Positions 48,995 to 63,061 of a DNA stretch of 64,000 bases are shown here, piece by piece. A program made the translations under genes and the position numbers. Below the pieces are notes generated by a model. The model saw nothing but the letters and a program-made list of their open reading frames with translations, ran no database searches and was not told where the DNA came from. This stretch comes from Eledone cirrhosa (Eukaryota): assembly GCA_964016885.1 (NCBI GenBank), contig OZ024757.1, positions 32,984,001 through 33,048,000 of the forward strand. Direction: 5' to 3'. The first letter of the stretch is position 1. Every line of letters starts with the position of its first letter.

Positions 48995-49545
48995 ACAAAA
49001 AGCACACAGCCCACATGTAAAGTGGTTGTGTAGGTGAGTGACACAACAAAAATCCCCCAACCCACACTGTAAAGTGGTCATGTAGGTGCCCAAACAAAAG
49101 GTGCCCAGTCCACACCGTAAAGTGGTCATGTAGGTGACACAACAAAAATTGCCCAGCCCACACTGTAAAGTGGTTATGTAGGTGTCACAACAAAAAGTGC
49201 CCAGTCCACACTGTAAAGTGGTCATGTAGGTGTCACAACAAAAAATGCCCAGTCCACACTGTAAAGTGGTCATGTAGGTGTCACAACAAAAAACACCCAG
49301 TACACACTGTAAAGTGGTTATGTAGGTGACACAACAAAAAGTGCCCAGTCCACACTGTAAAGTGGTCATGTAGGTGTCACGACAAAAAACACCCAGTACA
49401 CACTGTAAAGTGGTTATGTAGGTGACACAACAAAAAATGCCCAGTCCACACTGTAAAGTGGTTATGTAGGTGTCACGACAAAAAACACCCAGTACACACT
49501 GTGAAGTGGTTATGTAGGTGTCACGACAAAAAACCCCAGTACACA
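48995..49545 (+). repeat. 48-bp minisatellite (~11.5 copies) expanded inside an RTE-tailed SINE
   Basis: Unit GTGTCACAACAAAAAGTGCCCAGTCCACACTGTAAAGTGGTCATGTAG running into GGTGTTAGGAAGGGCA module and (GAT)n tail at ~49700. Confidence 0.92.
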
Positions 49546-49843
49546 CTCTAAATGTGGTTGGTGTTAGGAAGGGCACCAGCTGTAAAAACCAAGCCAGACT
49601 AGAGCAATATATGGTCATCTGATTTGGCTTGTCTCACAACAGAACAACTCATATAATCCATACTAGCGTGGAAAAATGGACGTTAAATGGTGATGATGAT
49701 GATTGCAAATGTGTGTAAAATAGTGATGTGGTAAGTATATATGGTATTTATGTATGTGTATATACATATATATGTGTGTGTGTGTGTGTGTATTGAACAA
49801 TGAAAATATAACAAAAATTGAAGATACATTTTTAATTAACTCA

Positions 49844-49976
49844 TTGTTTTATGATCGTTTCAGAGGGTTGATTGATCATGATATATCAATATATTGACTG
49901 ATAGCTAGTGGTTATGTCACCTATTTCTAGTCATGACATCCTAGATCCATCTTCTCACCATCTTCCTCAGAAATAA
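49844..49976 (-). ncRNA. Hammerhead motif with ~95-nt stem II domain, partly duplicated in inverted form to 50042
   Basis: TTATTT-CTGAGGA-AGATGGT...ACCCTCT-GAAA-CGATCA-TA-AAACAA; right arm CTCT-GAAA-CGATCG-TA-AAA. Confidence 0.6.
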
Positions 49977-50111
49977 TCATTTTTATTAATCAATATATCG
50001 ATTTACCATGATCAATCAAGTCTCTGAAACGATCGTAAAAAAAAAAATGGACAGAGAGGAACAGTGGAGAGATATCCTCATACATGTCATTGAGTATTCA
50101 AAACTACAGAG

Positions 50112-50144
<33 letters not shown>

Positions 50145-50148
<4 letters not shown>

Positions 50149-50878
50149 CATAGATTTTACATGTGGCCGGTGCTCTGGTGCAATAAGTAGCAGCAAGTGC
50201 CCACAAAATACTAGCTCTTTCAATTGCGCAGAGGGTTCTATAGAAATAGTGGACAGCTTCCGTTACCAGGGCGATAAAATCAGCAGTGGGGGAGGGTGCT
50301 CTGAAAGTACAGTAGCTAGAGTCAGAGCTGGTTGGAAAAAGTTCAGAGAGCTTATACCACTATTAGCTGCTAAAGGGTTCTCCCTAAAAATGAAAGGCAG
50401 GTTGTATGATGCCTGCATACGAACAGCAATGTTGCATGGCAGTGAGACCTGGGCATTGTGTGCAGAGGATATACGCAGACTAGAGAGGAATGAAGCTTGC
50501 ATGCTCCGCTGGATGTGTAACAGTAATATACGTGAACGGCAAAGCATAAACGAACTAAGGAAAAAATTAGAAATAAGAGGGATCAGATGTTGTTTACTCG
50601 AGAGAAGGCTACGTTGGTATGGACACGTGATGCGCATGAAAGTCGATAGCTGTATAACAAAGTGCAGGGCAATAAAGATAGACGGTAGCCACGGAATAGG
50701 CAGACCTAGAAAAACCTGGGACGAGCTGATAAACTCCGACCTCACACACTTACACCTCTCCAAGACAATGTCACTGGACCGAGACCTTTGGCGGTACTCA
50801 GTAACAGAGAAGACCCGCCTTACCTAAATACATAGTAAAACCTACTATAGCCAGTAGGCATCTCTAACAAAATACCCC
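50145..50878 (+). mobile_element. 5'-truncated RTE-type LINE (open C-terminal frame to 50827)
   Basis: EIVDSFRYQGD..ARVRAGWKKFREL..KGRLYDACIRTAMLHGSETW..RRLRWYGHVMR..GRPRKTW; starts at (TA)n. Confidence 0.9.
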
Positions 50879-50883
50879 CCCAC

Positions 50884-51020
50884 AGACCTCAGATCATTGA
50901 AGCTCACGGTGGAGATGACGAAGGACCGTGACGAGTGGAGAGATGCTGTGCTGAATAAGACCCGCCCCAACCTTGCAAGCAGGGAAAAGTGGACGTAAAA
51001 TGATGATGATGATGATGATG
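50884..51020 (+). mobile_element. Second RTE 3' end whose tail matches the composite SINE tail
   Basis: DLRSLKLTVEMTKDRDEWRDAVLNKTR then CCTTGCAAGCAGGGAAAAGTGGACGTAAAA(TGA)n. Confidence 0.75.
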
Positions 51021-51535
51021 ATATATATAATAGAAAAAACAAGGAAGTTTTGTTTATATATGAAAAATATTTATTGTGTATCAACCTGTTGACCACATTT
51101 CGCAGAGGATTGGCTCAAGGTCACCCATAGGAGATATTGACCTGACTCCAGTATTAATCTGCACGTCAGACTAGTGATGTGACAAAAGATATGTTTTTGT
51201 TGTGGTATGTGGGCTGAGAAGATACATATATATATATATATATAGCCAGAGGTTCTTTTTTTGTGTGTGTGGGTGTATGTGTGTATTTTGGTGTAATTGT
51301 TGGGGTAGCAATGTGGGTGTGTATTCACAGATATTTGTGTGCCTTTCTGCACACACATATTTTTTTCATTTTACATATATATATATAATTGTTTCTACTT
51401 TTGGCACAAAGCCAGCAATTACCCAGTGCATTACTGGTACTTTATTTTATCAACCCCGTAAGGATGAAAGGCAAAGTTAACCTCGGCATAATGTTAAATA
51501 ATTAAAGAATAAGATAAGGTGAAGTACTTAATCCA

Positions 51536-51718
51536 TTGTTTTATGATCATTTAGCAGTTATGCAAGTCCATATGATTAGCCCCCAAAAAGGCACATCCTC
51601 TCTACTGTCTATCCTCAGAAACAATTTGTTTCTGACAATAAACAGTATAGACTTGCATAACAGCTATCAATTGGTTTATACAACGACAATTTTGTTCTCT
51701 GAAACGATCGTAAAATAA
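51536..51718. ncRNA. Back-to-back pair of degenerate hammerhead motifs
   Basis: Minus: TTGTTT-CTGAGGA..ACTGCT-AAA-TGATCA-TA-AAACAA; plus: TTGTTT-CTGACAA..CTCT-GAAA-CGATCG-TA-AAATAA. Confidence 0.5.
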
Positions 51719-52677
51719 TAGATTAATTAAATACTTCACATTGTTTTATATTTTCATTGTTTAATATCACATATATATATGTGTGTGTGTGTGTGTGTAT
51801 TTATACATATATATAAATAGATATACATATATATGTATGTGTGTGTGTATATATATATACACATACATACACAAACACACGCACACAAACAAACACATAT
51901 ATAGTGCGGTATGTGAAATGGAGGTGTGGTGAGTATATACAGTTTACATAACAATGTATTTCATATATTTAACGCATCAGAAATTCCTATTCTGAGTACG
52001 TTCGTTTTTTTTCTCTCTCCCTTTTGTAAATATTGAAACAGGTATTAAAAAATGTACAAACAAAATCTATATCACTTTCCCCCTCTCTAGATCACTTTCA
52101 CTCTCTCTAGATCACTTTCACCTTTGCTACATCACACTTTCTCCCCCCCCCCCCCCTTCTCACTTCACTGCTCTCTATCTTACTTTCGCTTTCTCTACCA
52201 CGTCTCTTCCCTTCACGTCTTTCTTTGTCTTTCTTTATTATCCAATTCTCCTTTCATATGAAAATCATGTTTTTGTTCCTGTACATACACACACCCACAC
52301 ATACATACGTATGTGTATACATATATATGTGTGTGTGTGTGTACACACATATACATTAAAATTCCTTAAATTCCATCGAAGAATGCTTAACTTCCATCTC
52401 AGACTGCAGTTATTATCATCTACAAGGTGAAACTTGTATTGCAAGTAACTAGCAATTATTGATATAAACTATATTAAATGGATATTAATACTCATATGGG
52501 TAAATATGATTTATTAATACCCACTCAAAGTCATTTATCTTACTGGTTAATGTATGTATGCACTCTAAGTAATGGGTTTGTATTTCTAATAATACAAACC
52601 TAATTATATCATTTACTAAGTTAGGAAACAGCCGAAGGTGTACCGATTCTCTTCGACTAGCTTAGTAAACTTATATA

Positions 52678-52766
52678 CAGGGTGTCCCAAAAATGTATAC
52701 ACACTTTGATTACCTGTACAGGCAATATTTATTAGAATGGTAAATACATTTTTGGGGTACACTCTG
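52678..52766. mobile_element. Tc1/mariner-type MITE
   Basis: TA-CAGGGTGTCCCAAAAATGTAT ... ATACATTTTTGGGGTACACTCTG-TA. Confidence 0.7.
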
Positions 52767-53119
52767 TATATATAGCTATGTGTGTATTTATATATATATA
52801 TATAGATGCACACATACATACAATGTATATAAATATCCAGAAACATGTGTCTGGCATTTTCACCGGCTACTGGGACAGCTGTGATATGATCCCAGCTTTA
52901 AATATTCATAGTAAGACTCTTGCATGTTTGTTATTCATAAACACATCATATATGCCTTCATATATGAGGCAGCGAATTTGCAGTCATTAGAATGTTGGAT
53001 AGAAGTCTTTGTGGTATTCATTCCAAATCTCTGCCCTCTGAGTTCAAATCCCGCTGGGGTCAACTTTGCCTTTCATCCTTTCGAGGTCGATAACAAAAAA
53101 GTACTACTCTAGTCTGCCT

Positions 53120-53452
53120 GTCTCATCCCATCCTCATATCTGAGGATCGGAGGATCATGGACTTATGGACCAGCACTCTGTATCTTTTCCTGTCGCTTGC
53201 CATAGCTATACATTCCACCAAACTCCTTCCTGTCCATTTCTTAATATCATCTGTCCAGCTCCTTTTCTGCTGTCCCCTGGCCCTTTTCCCTTGTATTTGT
53301 CCCTCAAGGTTTTGAGTAGTCAAATTTTGGGTCCTGGTGACATGACCAAAATACTGAAATTTCCTTTTCCTTGCTGTTTCATCTAACTGTTGATTGACAC
53401 CAATCTCTTCCAGGACAGATTCATTGGTTCTGTGAGCTGTCCAGCTAAGTCT
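53120..53452 (-). mobile_element. RTE (BovB-like) LINE 3' fragment
   Basis: SWTAHRTNESVLEEIG..RKFQYFGHVTR..EGQIQGKRARGQQKRSWTDDIKKWTG. Confidence 0.85.
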
Positions 53453-55749
53453 AGCAATGGGGTCAATTCTTCCTCTGTACCTCTTTCTCACTTACTATCC
53501 TTCTTTGGAAGAAATCTGCTGTATTCAGGCTTGGAGAAGGATAGGTTCCTCCTGGTTTAAAACTGCTCCAAGGAATGCTGTATGTCAATATGGTGGCCTT
53601 GGGACTCCCTCAGAAGTTACGGGACCAAACCAATACCATAGCATACACTGCTATTATGAACCATGTTATGTTAGTGTGACTGGTAATTAATACTTGAGTA
53701 TAAATCACCTATTTTCCTGCAAGAATACAATGTTAAAAAACCAGCCAACAACTTATCTACTGGACCTACATATAAAGCCTCAATTCTAAATAGGTGGTTC
53801 ATCGTAAATGATGTTTGTAAAATGGCAGTGTGACTTTACTCAAGTATATATGGTGTATGTGAAAAAGAGAGAGTGGGCTGATAAAGAAAATGGAGAGAGA
53901 AAGAGAGTAAGGAAGAAAGAGGAAAAGAATTTCAGAGCAAGAAAAATAGCGAGAGAGAGAGGGAGAGAAATGAGACAGAAAGAGCGAGAGAGAGGAGGGA
54001 GAAGCCATAATTTTACAACCTTTCAAATTCACTAAGTACAGACAGATATGATTTAAAAGAATACAAAACAAAATAAAACAAAAAAAAACAACAAAAACAA
54101 ACAAGAGAGTGAAACCCACCACCACCACCACCAACACCACCTAAAAAAACAAAAAAACTAATAAGTTAATATGGAGAAATAAATGTGTTGAGCATCTAAC
54201 AAGCCGTAGGAAATTTTTTGACAAAGTGTAGTGTAGCATTGGTGTCTTCTGCTAGGAAGGTCTGTGACTTGATAATGCCAGTGTTTATCAAATTATAATT
54301 GGTGTACACATATTCTGACTGACACATGTGTTTAGAAACTTTATAAGATTGAATTTCTAGAGTTTTTTTATTTTATTTTTACGGGGAGGGGGTTCACTGG
54401 AGATACCATTTGTTTAACTGAAGAGAAGATAGATCCCAGAGAAATATTCTTGAAAAGCTATAAAAAAAAAGAGAGCAAAACCTGAAACTAACTTGACAGG
54501 AAGAAAGTAAAAGAAAATTCAAAGATGGATGGAACAAGGGTTGGTTAGAATGAGAGAATAGTAATGTGATATAAGAGAGAGGGAGGGAGAAGAGAGAGAG
54601 GGGGGAGTGTGTATGTACAGAGAGTGTATGAGTGTGTAGAGAGAGGGGAAGTGTGTATGTAGAGAGAGTGTATGTGTGTGTAGAGGGGAAGTGTAGATAT
54701 ATATATATATATAGGGTGTGTAGAGAGAGGGGAAGTGTGTATAGAGAGACTGTGTGTAGGGGTGTATAGAGATAGTGTGTGTGTGTAGAGAGAGAGGGGG
54801 AGAGAGTGTGTGTGAGAGTGATTAAATGGAAGAAAGAGAGTTAGAGTGAGAAAGTAAGTTAAAGTGAAAGAGAGAGAAAGAGAGAGAGAGACATAGGGAG
54901 TGACAGAGATGGTGGAGGGGGATAAATGCTGCAATTTTGCCACCTTTCAAATTCAGTATGATAAAAAAAATTAAAAAAAAACAAGACATTTTCATGTAAA
55001 TTTCTTGAAAAACAATAAAATAAAAACAAAACCCTGAAGCAAATTGAAAGAAATTAAGAAAATTGAAAAACGTAACAGAGAAAGGTTAAAATAATAACTA
55101 ATGTGATATTTGTTATTAGTTTGTGTCTGGTAGGGTGCGGTAGTCTGTGAAGGTGCATGGGTTAGTGGTTAGAGCATTGGGCTTGCAATCGAAAGGTTGT
55201 GAGTTTAATTCTCAGACCGGGTGATGTGTTGTTTCCTTGAGCAAGACATGTTGCTCCAGTTTAATCAGCTGTAGAAATGAGATGATAGGACTGAGGTCCC
55301 TATCATTAAATCACCCAAGACACCTCCAACGAGATATACCTTGGAGGAGGCCAGCTAAACCTGCATAGGTGTGAGCTGTCACACACAAGGTGGGATAGGG
55401 TGGTGGATTGGCAGAGCTGTGAGAGTGTCAGACAAAATGGTTTGTGGCCTTTGTTTTGGCTCTTTACATTCTGAGATCATGCCCTGCCAAAGTCAATTTT
55501 CCCTTTCATCATATTTCCCCCTACATCTTTCAACATCCATTTCCATCACTCCTCTCACCCTGTCATTTTGATCCTTCCTCAACACATGACCCAACCATCT
55601 CATTACATTTCTCTTCACAATATTCATCACTGGCTCTATATCCCCTCTCTCTCAACAATGCTCCACTCATCCACCAGGTCATTCACATTTCCATTTTTTT
55701 CCAGTGTTCTTTTCTTCCCCAAATTAGAATCAACTCTTAACAACCTGAA

Positions 55750-56180
55750 CCGCATGAAACCACATTAGCAAGACATTTCTGAAAAGTACAAAACAGCACT
55801 GCAACCACATCAGATTATATAATTAAAGTGTTTACTTTAGTTTACTGCAAATTGTTGTAACGAATAGTTCACTAGTAAAGTTACTATAAACATTTGAATT
55901 AACAATTCATATGGAACCACGTTAGCAGGACATTCTTGAAAAGTATAAAACTGTACTATGACGACATCACATTAAATATTGAAAATTTTCACAGTAATTT
56001 AACCAGTAAAAATGCTATAAACATTTAAATTAACAAACGGCATGAAACCACATTAAAAAGACATTCATGAAAAGTACAATACAGCACTATGATTGCTTCA
56101 CAGAAAATACTTCAATACTGCAAATTTCCATAACAACCTGTCCACTAGTAAAGATACTATAAATATTTGAACTAACAAAC
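55750..56180 (+). repeat. Diverged ~130-155-bp tandem triplication
   Basis: ATG(A/G)AACCAC(A/G)TTA..GACATT..TGAAAAGTA at ~55754, ~55911, ~56042. Confidence 0.7.
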
Positions 56181-56861
56181 ATTTTTACAGGATGTTAAGT
56201 GTTAAGTAACAACAACCAAAAAATAAACATCATAGATGAGGTGTCATTACACAATACTTTTCATTCATGAAAAATTAATAAAGTGTGAAAAATATCTATA
56301 ACATTCTGACTGTTCTGTTTTTTTGGGTCACTGTGTATTAATATGTTAATGGTTAATGTCAGAAGAGGTTATACTATAGATATGATACTAATAACAATAG
56401 GACAAAATACCCCCACCAAAAAAAAAAAACTAGGCTAAATATATAAAGTTATTAACTGTCTAGGCAACACCTATATACATATATGCTTTATACGTACACA
56501 CACTTATAAAATGAGAGATAGGATTTTATAAGTTAAGACCCTATGAGCCTATTATTTAAATTAGTACACTTTAAAAAAAATATTTATATATTTATTTGGT
56601 ATTGAAATGGTATAAGCTTAACTGAAGGGCAAAGAATTCCTATTATATATATATATTTATATAAACATGAAGTACAAGTCAACAGGTTCAAATTAACTTC
56701 ATATATTCATATATTTATTCATTTATTCATATATTCATATTTATTCATTTATTCAAAGTTATGCAATAGTTATGACCTCATCAGACAGCTAGAATAGAAA
56801 AGACAGAAAAACATAAAGATGAAATAAAACTTACTTCTGTTGTTTCAATTCATATATATAT

Positions 56862-57036
56862 ATATTAATTCAAAATATTAATAAATATAGACATTCAACG
56901 TAATCAAAATATATTTTATTATATATATTTTGGAGGTACTGAGCTGTTTTTTCAGTACGTCCTCATCTGATATATATAATAAAATATATTTTGATTACGT
57001 TGAATGTCTATATTTATTAATATTTTGAATTAATAT
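56862..57036. other. Long palindrome enclosing a degenerate hammerhead (56912-56969, minus)
   Basis: ~65-bp perfect arms; CAGATGA-GGA C GTACTGA..TCAGTAC C TCC-AAAA-TATATA-TA-ATAAAATA. Confidence 0.7.
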
Positions 57037-57345
57037 TAATAACTCCAGAAAATTTCACTGTTGAGTGCTTCTAATCTATTGTAAAACTATATTCATTGAT
57101 TAATCAATGAACCTTGCTTAACCTTTGGTTATATATATATAAGAAGCAAAGAAAATTTCAATGATACAAAAGATTTCCTGGTGGAAGTTCAGGTGTACTC
57201 CAGGTTGGTATCTAGTTTCGGGGTGAAAATCCAATTAGAAAATCCAAAGAGATGTCAACATGAATAGACCTGTTATTTTTATCTAAAGACATTTTTTCCA
57301 ATTCCAACCCGCCCGTCCCCTCAATCTCTCTGATTTCTCATTCTT

Positions 57346-57381
57346 TCTTCTGATGAAGGACTAGCGTCCAAAACGTTAAGA
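57346..57381 (+). ncRNA. Degenerate minimal hammerhead in Penelope-like terminal repeat
   Basis: TCTT-CTGATGA-A-GGAC tagc GTCC-AAAA-CG-TT-AAGA (GAAA>AAAA). Confidence 0.5.
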
Positions 57382-57595
57382 CCCTCTTCCTGCTATATCA
57401 AGCGTTAACCTAATATATAACCAAAAAGAAGAACAGGTCAAAATCATTGGCTGCCATCGAGTCACAGGTTTTACATCAGAGTTTTCTTTCACCTAGAAAG
57501 ATGTCCAAACAAGGTCCAGGGGTCTCTCACTTTCGGTAGGTTAACCGGGCACTCGAGCACCAAACTGAGTATTTCTATATATATACATATATATA

Positions 57596-57658
<63 letters not shown>

Positions 57659-58303
57659 ATGTCTGTATATATATATATGTATATGTATATATATACATGA
57701 TAAATTCCGACCTTACACACTTGTACCTCTCTAAGACAATGTCACTGGACCGAGATCTTCGGTGCTACGCAGTAATACAGAAGACCCGCCTTGCCTATGT
57801 ACAAAGCGAAACCTACAGTCAGTAGGCACCTCTTAACCAAATATACACCCCAATCCACTACCCCTACCCTATCCTCCCACTCCCACCAACACCACCCTCT
57901 CTCTATAAAGTTGGTACCACAGCATCCAGTCCAAATAAATGAGATAATGAGATCGAGATCGTGTAGGTGTCACAACAAAAAAACAGTCCATGCTGTAATG
58001 TGGTCGTGTAGGGAACACGGTAAAAAGTTCCCAGTTCCACACTGTAAATGTGGTTGATGTTAGGAAGGGCATCCAGCCGTAGACAACCTGCCAGATAATC
58101 GTACATGAGCGAGACACGGTCACCCGACCAACCTTGCCTCAAGTGGGACAACTCCCGTCTAACCCATGCTAGCGTGGAAGATAGACGTTAAATGTCGATG
58201 ATGATGATATATATATTATATTATTTATTTTAGCTCAATATCAGCTCTCATACCTGATTATACAGTTTTCCTGTTTCCTTTTTCACACCTACAGATATTT
58301 GTT

Positions 58304-58420
<117 letters not shown>

Positions 58421-58465
58421 TATACATATATACATATATGTATGTATATATATATATATATATAC

Positions 58466-58510
<45 letters not shown>

Positions 58511-58546
58511 TATACAGATATACATATATATATGTATATATGTATG

Positions 58547-58649
<103 letters not shown>

Positions 58650-59066
58650 TCTTTATACCACATATCCTATCTCAATTACCTTATCTACAAATTTCTCCAC
58701 CAGTAGTACACCTACACAACCCACTCACACACAAACACACACATATATACATGTATGGATATATCTCCGATTAAGTGCTGACTCTGTCTGATGACCTGTC
58801 CAACCTACTAGTAGGGAAACTAGCAGTTAAATTATGATGATATATGTGTGTGTGTATGTGTTTGTGTGCGTGTGTACATGTGTGTTTGTCTTTGTGTGTG
58901 TGTATATGCCTCTAGATCCCACTCTACCATATATAGACATATACATATATATATGCGTGTGTAGACATAAATAAATAAATATCTATATATCTCTATATAT
59001 ATATATATATATACACACACATATATACATATATATATATAGACACACACACATATATATATATAG

Positions 59067-59097
<31 letters not shown>

Positions 59098-59100
59098 GAC

Positions 59101-59181
<81 letters not shown>

Positions 59182-59187
59182 CATATA

Positions 59188-59695
59188 TGGTGGCTGCCAA
59201 CTCGTTTTCGAGTACGGCCACTACTTTATATCCATGTAGGAGAACCCCTACCGATGCGCTGAACGAGTGTGACTTTTTAGTCCAGCCAGCGACATGAAAA
59301 CTCTGGTACAATCACTACACTTGTGACAAGTGTAGAGAGATCTCCAGATACAAAGCAATGCCTGTGCCGTGAAGCTTTTATAGTGGGCAAAGGCACTGCA
59401 CAAAGCCAGTCCCACTCTCTTAACCAAGATGATATTTACCAAAAAGAAGAACAAGTCAACATCATTGGATACCATCAGGGTTGCAGGTGTTATATCATAG
59501 TTTTCATTATCCTAGAATTCTGCCTTGACAAAGGCTAAAGGGTCATCTCTCCCGGTGATTTTGGATGGCCATTGACTCTTAAGGGCTCCTTTGCCCTTTA
59601 AGAGGTTTTGTTTTTAGTCCTGCAGGATGTCCAAAGTCACCCTGGTGGGGTTGCCAGTTTAGTCGCCAATGACCCGACCATGAGACAGGTTGTAC
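59188..59695 (-). mobile_element. RTE-like short element, collinear copy
   Basis: [25 protein letters not shown]; (TA)n on both sides. Confidence 0.75.
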
Positions 59696-62599
59696 ATATA
59701 TATACATATATATATGTACATATATATACATATATATACATACATATATATACATATACATACATATACATACATAGATACATATACATATATATATATA
59801 CACACACACCACACACATAGAGCTTGGTATCTGAAATTGCTGTCGTGTAGGTGTAACAATATATTTATAGAATATGAAAGGGTTAAACTGATGACTAGCC
59901 AGAGGTAAGGCAGTGGAATCATAATCACATTGACCAAATTCTGTAAATGATGATGATAACAACAACAGGCAGAAGGAAATATCTAAATGAGAAAATTTAT
60001 CAGATAATCTCATTTATACTTTTATTGCTTTCAGTCATCATACTGTGGTCATGCTGGGGCACTGCATGGAAGGGTTTCAGTTGACAAACCTATGACAAAT
60101 GAGCCATGAGTTTGTCATGATGCAGCTGTTAGTTTTACAAGACCCTCTGGTTACTTGCATTGAACTGCATCACGGTCATCAGAGGACTTCTTGTAACTTT
60201 GTCCTTCTGGCATGGACCTGTGATGAGCAACACCTTGGTAGTTTAAAAAAATACTCAGCATCATCCTAATTCTATTCTGTATCTTGAAGCCAGAGCAGTT
60301 TTAGACAATTTGGTATCAAAAGAGTTTAACTGAACAATTTTTTATTCACAATATTGTATTGTAGAAGCTAACAAAGGTTCTTACATAAAATTATGATGGA
60401 AGCTTTTTTTATATAAATATATACAGTTTAAAATAAACAGTTTTGTGTCATAGAACCAAGGCGGGTTTCAGGTGGTTTGGTATAATAAGGGTTAAGCTGG
60501 TGTGTGGAACACAACTTAACAAAGGTTCTTACATAAAATTATGATGGAAAGTTTTTTTTATATAAATATATACAAACACTCTGTCAGGAGTTACGACCGG
60601 TAGATAGTATCAGCAAGGGAAAGACCAATGGAAACATTGTTTCCTTGGTCTGATTTAACAAGGTCCACCACACTCGGCAAGTGAGTGAGGTCTATGATCT
60701 TGTCAATTGATCAGAGTGATATAAACACTTCAAAATAAACAATTTTGTATGGTAGAACCCAGGACTGTCTCAGGTGGTTTGGTATCTAAAGGCAGAACAT
60801 AACTGAAAGATTATTACATAAAATTATGCTGGAAGGATTGAGATAAATCATCATCATTATCATCATCATCAACATTTAACGTCTATCTTCCACGCTAGCA
60901 TGGGTTTAGACGGGAATTGTCCCACTTGAGGCAAGATTGGTCGGGTGACCGTTCTCGCTGGTATAGGAATGCCTGGCAGGTTTTCTACGGCTGGATGCCC
61001 TTCCTAACACCAACCACGTTTACAGTGTGGACTGGGAGGTTTTTACCGTGTTACCTACACGGCCACATTACAGCGTGTACTGTGTGTATTTTTTGTCGTG
61101 ACACTTATAAACACTTAATAATAAACAATTTTGTATGGTAGAACCAAAGACAATATCAGGTAGTTTGGAATCAAAAGGGTTAATTGTATAATAAATGCCA
61201 AATGATATATATTTATATTCCTGTGAATCACATTATTTTCATTGTTAATAATTTTAACACGCACATATGTACATATATGTGTGTGTATATGTGTATGGAT
61301 ATGTAAGTGTGTCTGTGTGTGTATATGTTTGTGTGTACATGTATATATATATATATATGCTTGTGTGTGTGTGTGTGTGCATGTGTGTGTGTCTATATGC
61401 ATATGGGTGTGTAAGTCTATGAGTGTATATATTTGTGTGTATCATCATCATTTAATGTCCATCTTCCACGCTAGCATTATATATATATATGTATATAAAT
61501 GCATGTGTGTGTGTAAGTGTACATGTGTGTGTGTCAGTATGTGTAAGTGTGTGTGTCTGTGTATCTTTGTGTTTGTGTGTGTGCGTGCCTAAAATTCTGT
61601 AAATTCTTACATATGTAAGTAATCCTTGTGGAATCCTTTTCAAGACAATGGAGTTAACATAAACATTATGGTTTGTTCTGCGTATGTATGTGAGTGTGTA
61701 TATATGTGTGTCTGTGTCTGTGTGTGTATATATGGGAGTGCATACATAAATACATAAGTGAACATATAAGTTGTTTTGAGTATCTATCTATCTATATATA
61801 CGAATATGTATGTGCGTATGTATACATACAAGTGTGTGTGTGTATATATATATATACAAGCATGTGTACATACATGTATGCAGATATATGTGTGTATGTA
61901 TACACTAACAACTGCAAGATTGTATTTCATAAGCAGTCACTGGCAATGTGGCGATTTACTGTCTTATGACCACATCTACCTGTCATTTGTACACAGGTAA
62001 ACACTAATATTGGAATGTAAATATTGGTATAATAGAATTACATTCCGGAATGTCTTATCAAAAATAAATAGATAAATGAAAAAAAAGCAAGTGTGACTAA
62101 ACCACACAGAAATTACAAGTATTTTCTGTGAGAAAGGGATCATATTTGATAAATTTATACACATTGCACATACATATAAGAATTTGTTAGTGTGTGTATA
62201 TGTGTTTCATATGTATGCATGTGTTTCATATGTATGCATGTGTTTCATCATCATCACCGTTTTACGTCCGTTCTTCCACGCTAGCATGGGTTAGACGGGT
62301 TGTCCTGTTGTAGGCAGTGTCCGGTCGGCTGACCTTGTCTTGCTCATACGGGAATTGATTCTGGCTTGATTTCTACAGCTGGATGCCCTTCCTAACACCA
62401 ACCTCATTTACAGTGAGTGCTGGGTGCTTTTTTGCCGTGGCACCCCCACGACCACTTTGCAGTTCTCTTCAGCTGAGTAAACTGGAGCAATGTGAAATAA
62501 AGTGTCTTGCTCAAGGAAACAACACATCACTCGGTCTAAGAATTGAACTCACAACCTTTTGATTGCAAGCCCAATGCTCTAACCACTAAGCCATGTACC

Positions 62600-62639
<40 letters not shown>

Positions 62640-62714
62640 CATATAAAAGTTTATCCCAGGTTCAATCAGAGGTAACCACAGTAAGTAAGGTACCCAATAC
62701 ATAACAGAGTATAA

Positions 62715-62845
62715 ATATTTAATATAGAAATGGCTTCTACAGGAATAGAACTGTTTCATTCGGGAGAAATCATCAGGAGCTTCCTGATGATTTCTCCCGA
62801 ATGAAACAGTTTTAGTCCTGTAGAAGCCATATCTATATTAAATAT
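62715..62845. ncRNA. Palindrome of two back-to-back hammerhead motifs
   Basis: Plus 62779-62827: GCTTC-CTGATGA-T TTC tccc GAA T-GAAA-CAG ttttagtc CTG-TA-GAAGC; mirrored on minus; weak stem II. Confidence 0.62.
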
Positions 62846-63061
62846 ATATGTATGTATACATATGTATGTATATATATATGTATGTATATATATATATATG
62901 TATGTAAGGTGACAAATTGGCAGAGGTGTTAGAATGTCAGATAGAATGCTTTGTGGTATTCATTTTGGTTCTCTGAGTTCAAATCCTGCTGAGGTTAACT
63001 TTGCCTTTCATCCTTTTGAGGTCAATAAAAAAAATACCAGTTCAGTACTGGGGTCGATTCT

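Noticed and set aside
48971-49618. Cys-rich metallothionein- or keratin-like protein
   Set aside because: Antisense reading of a 48-bp SINE-derived minisatellite.
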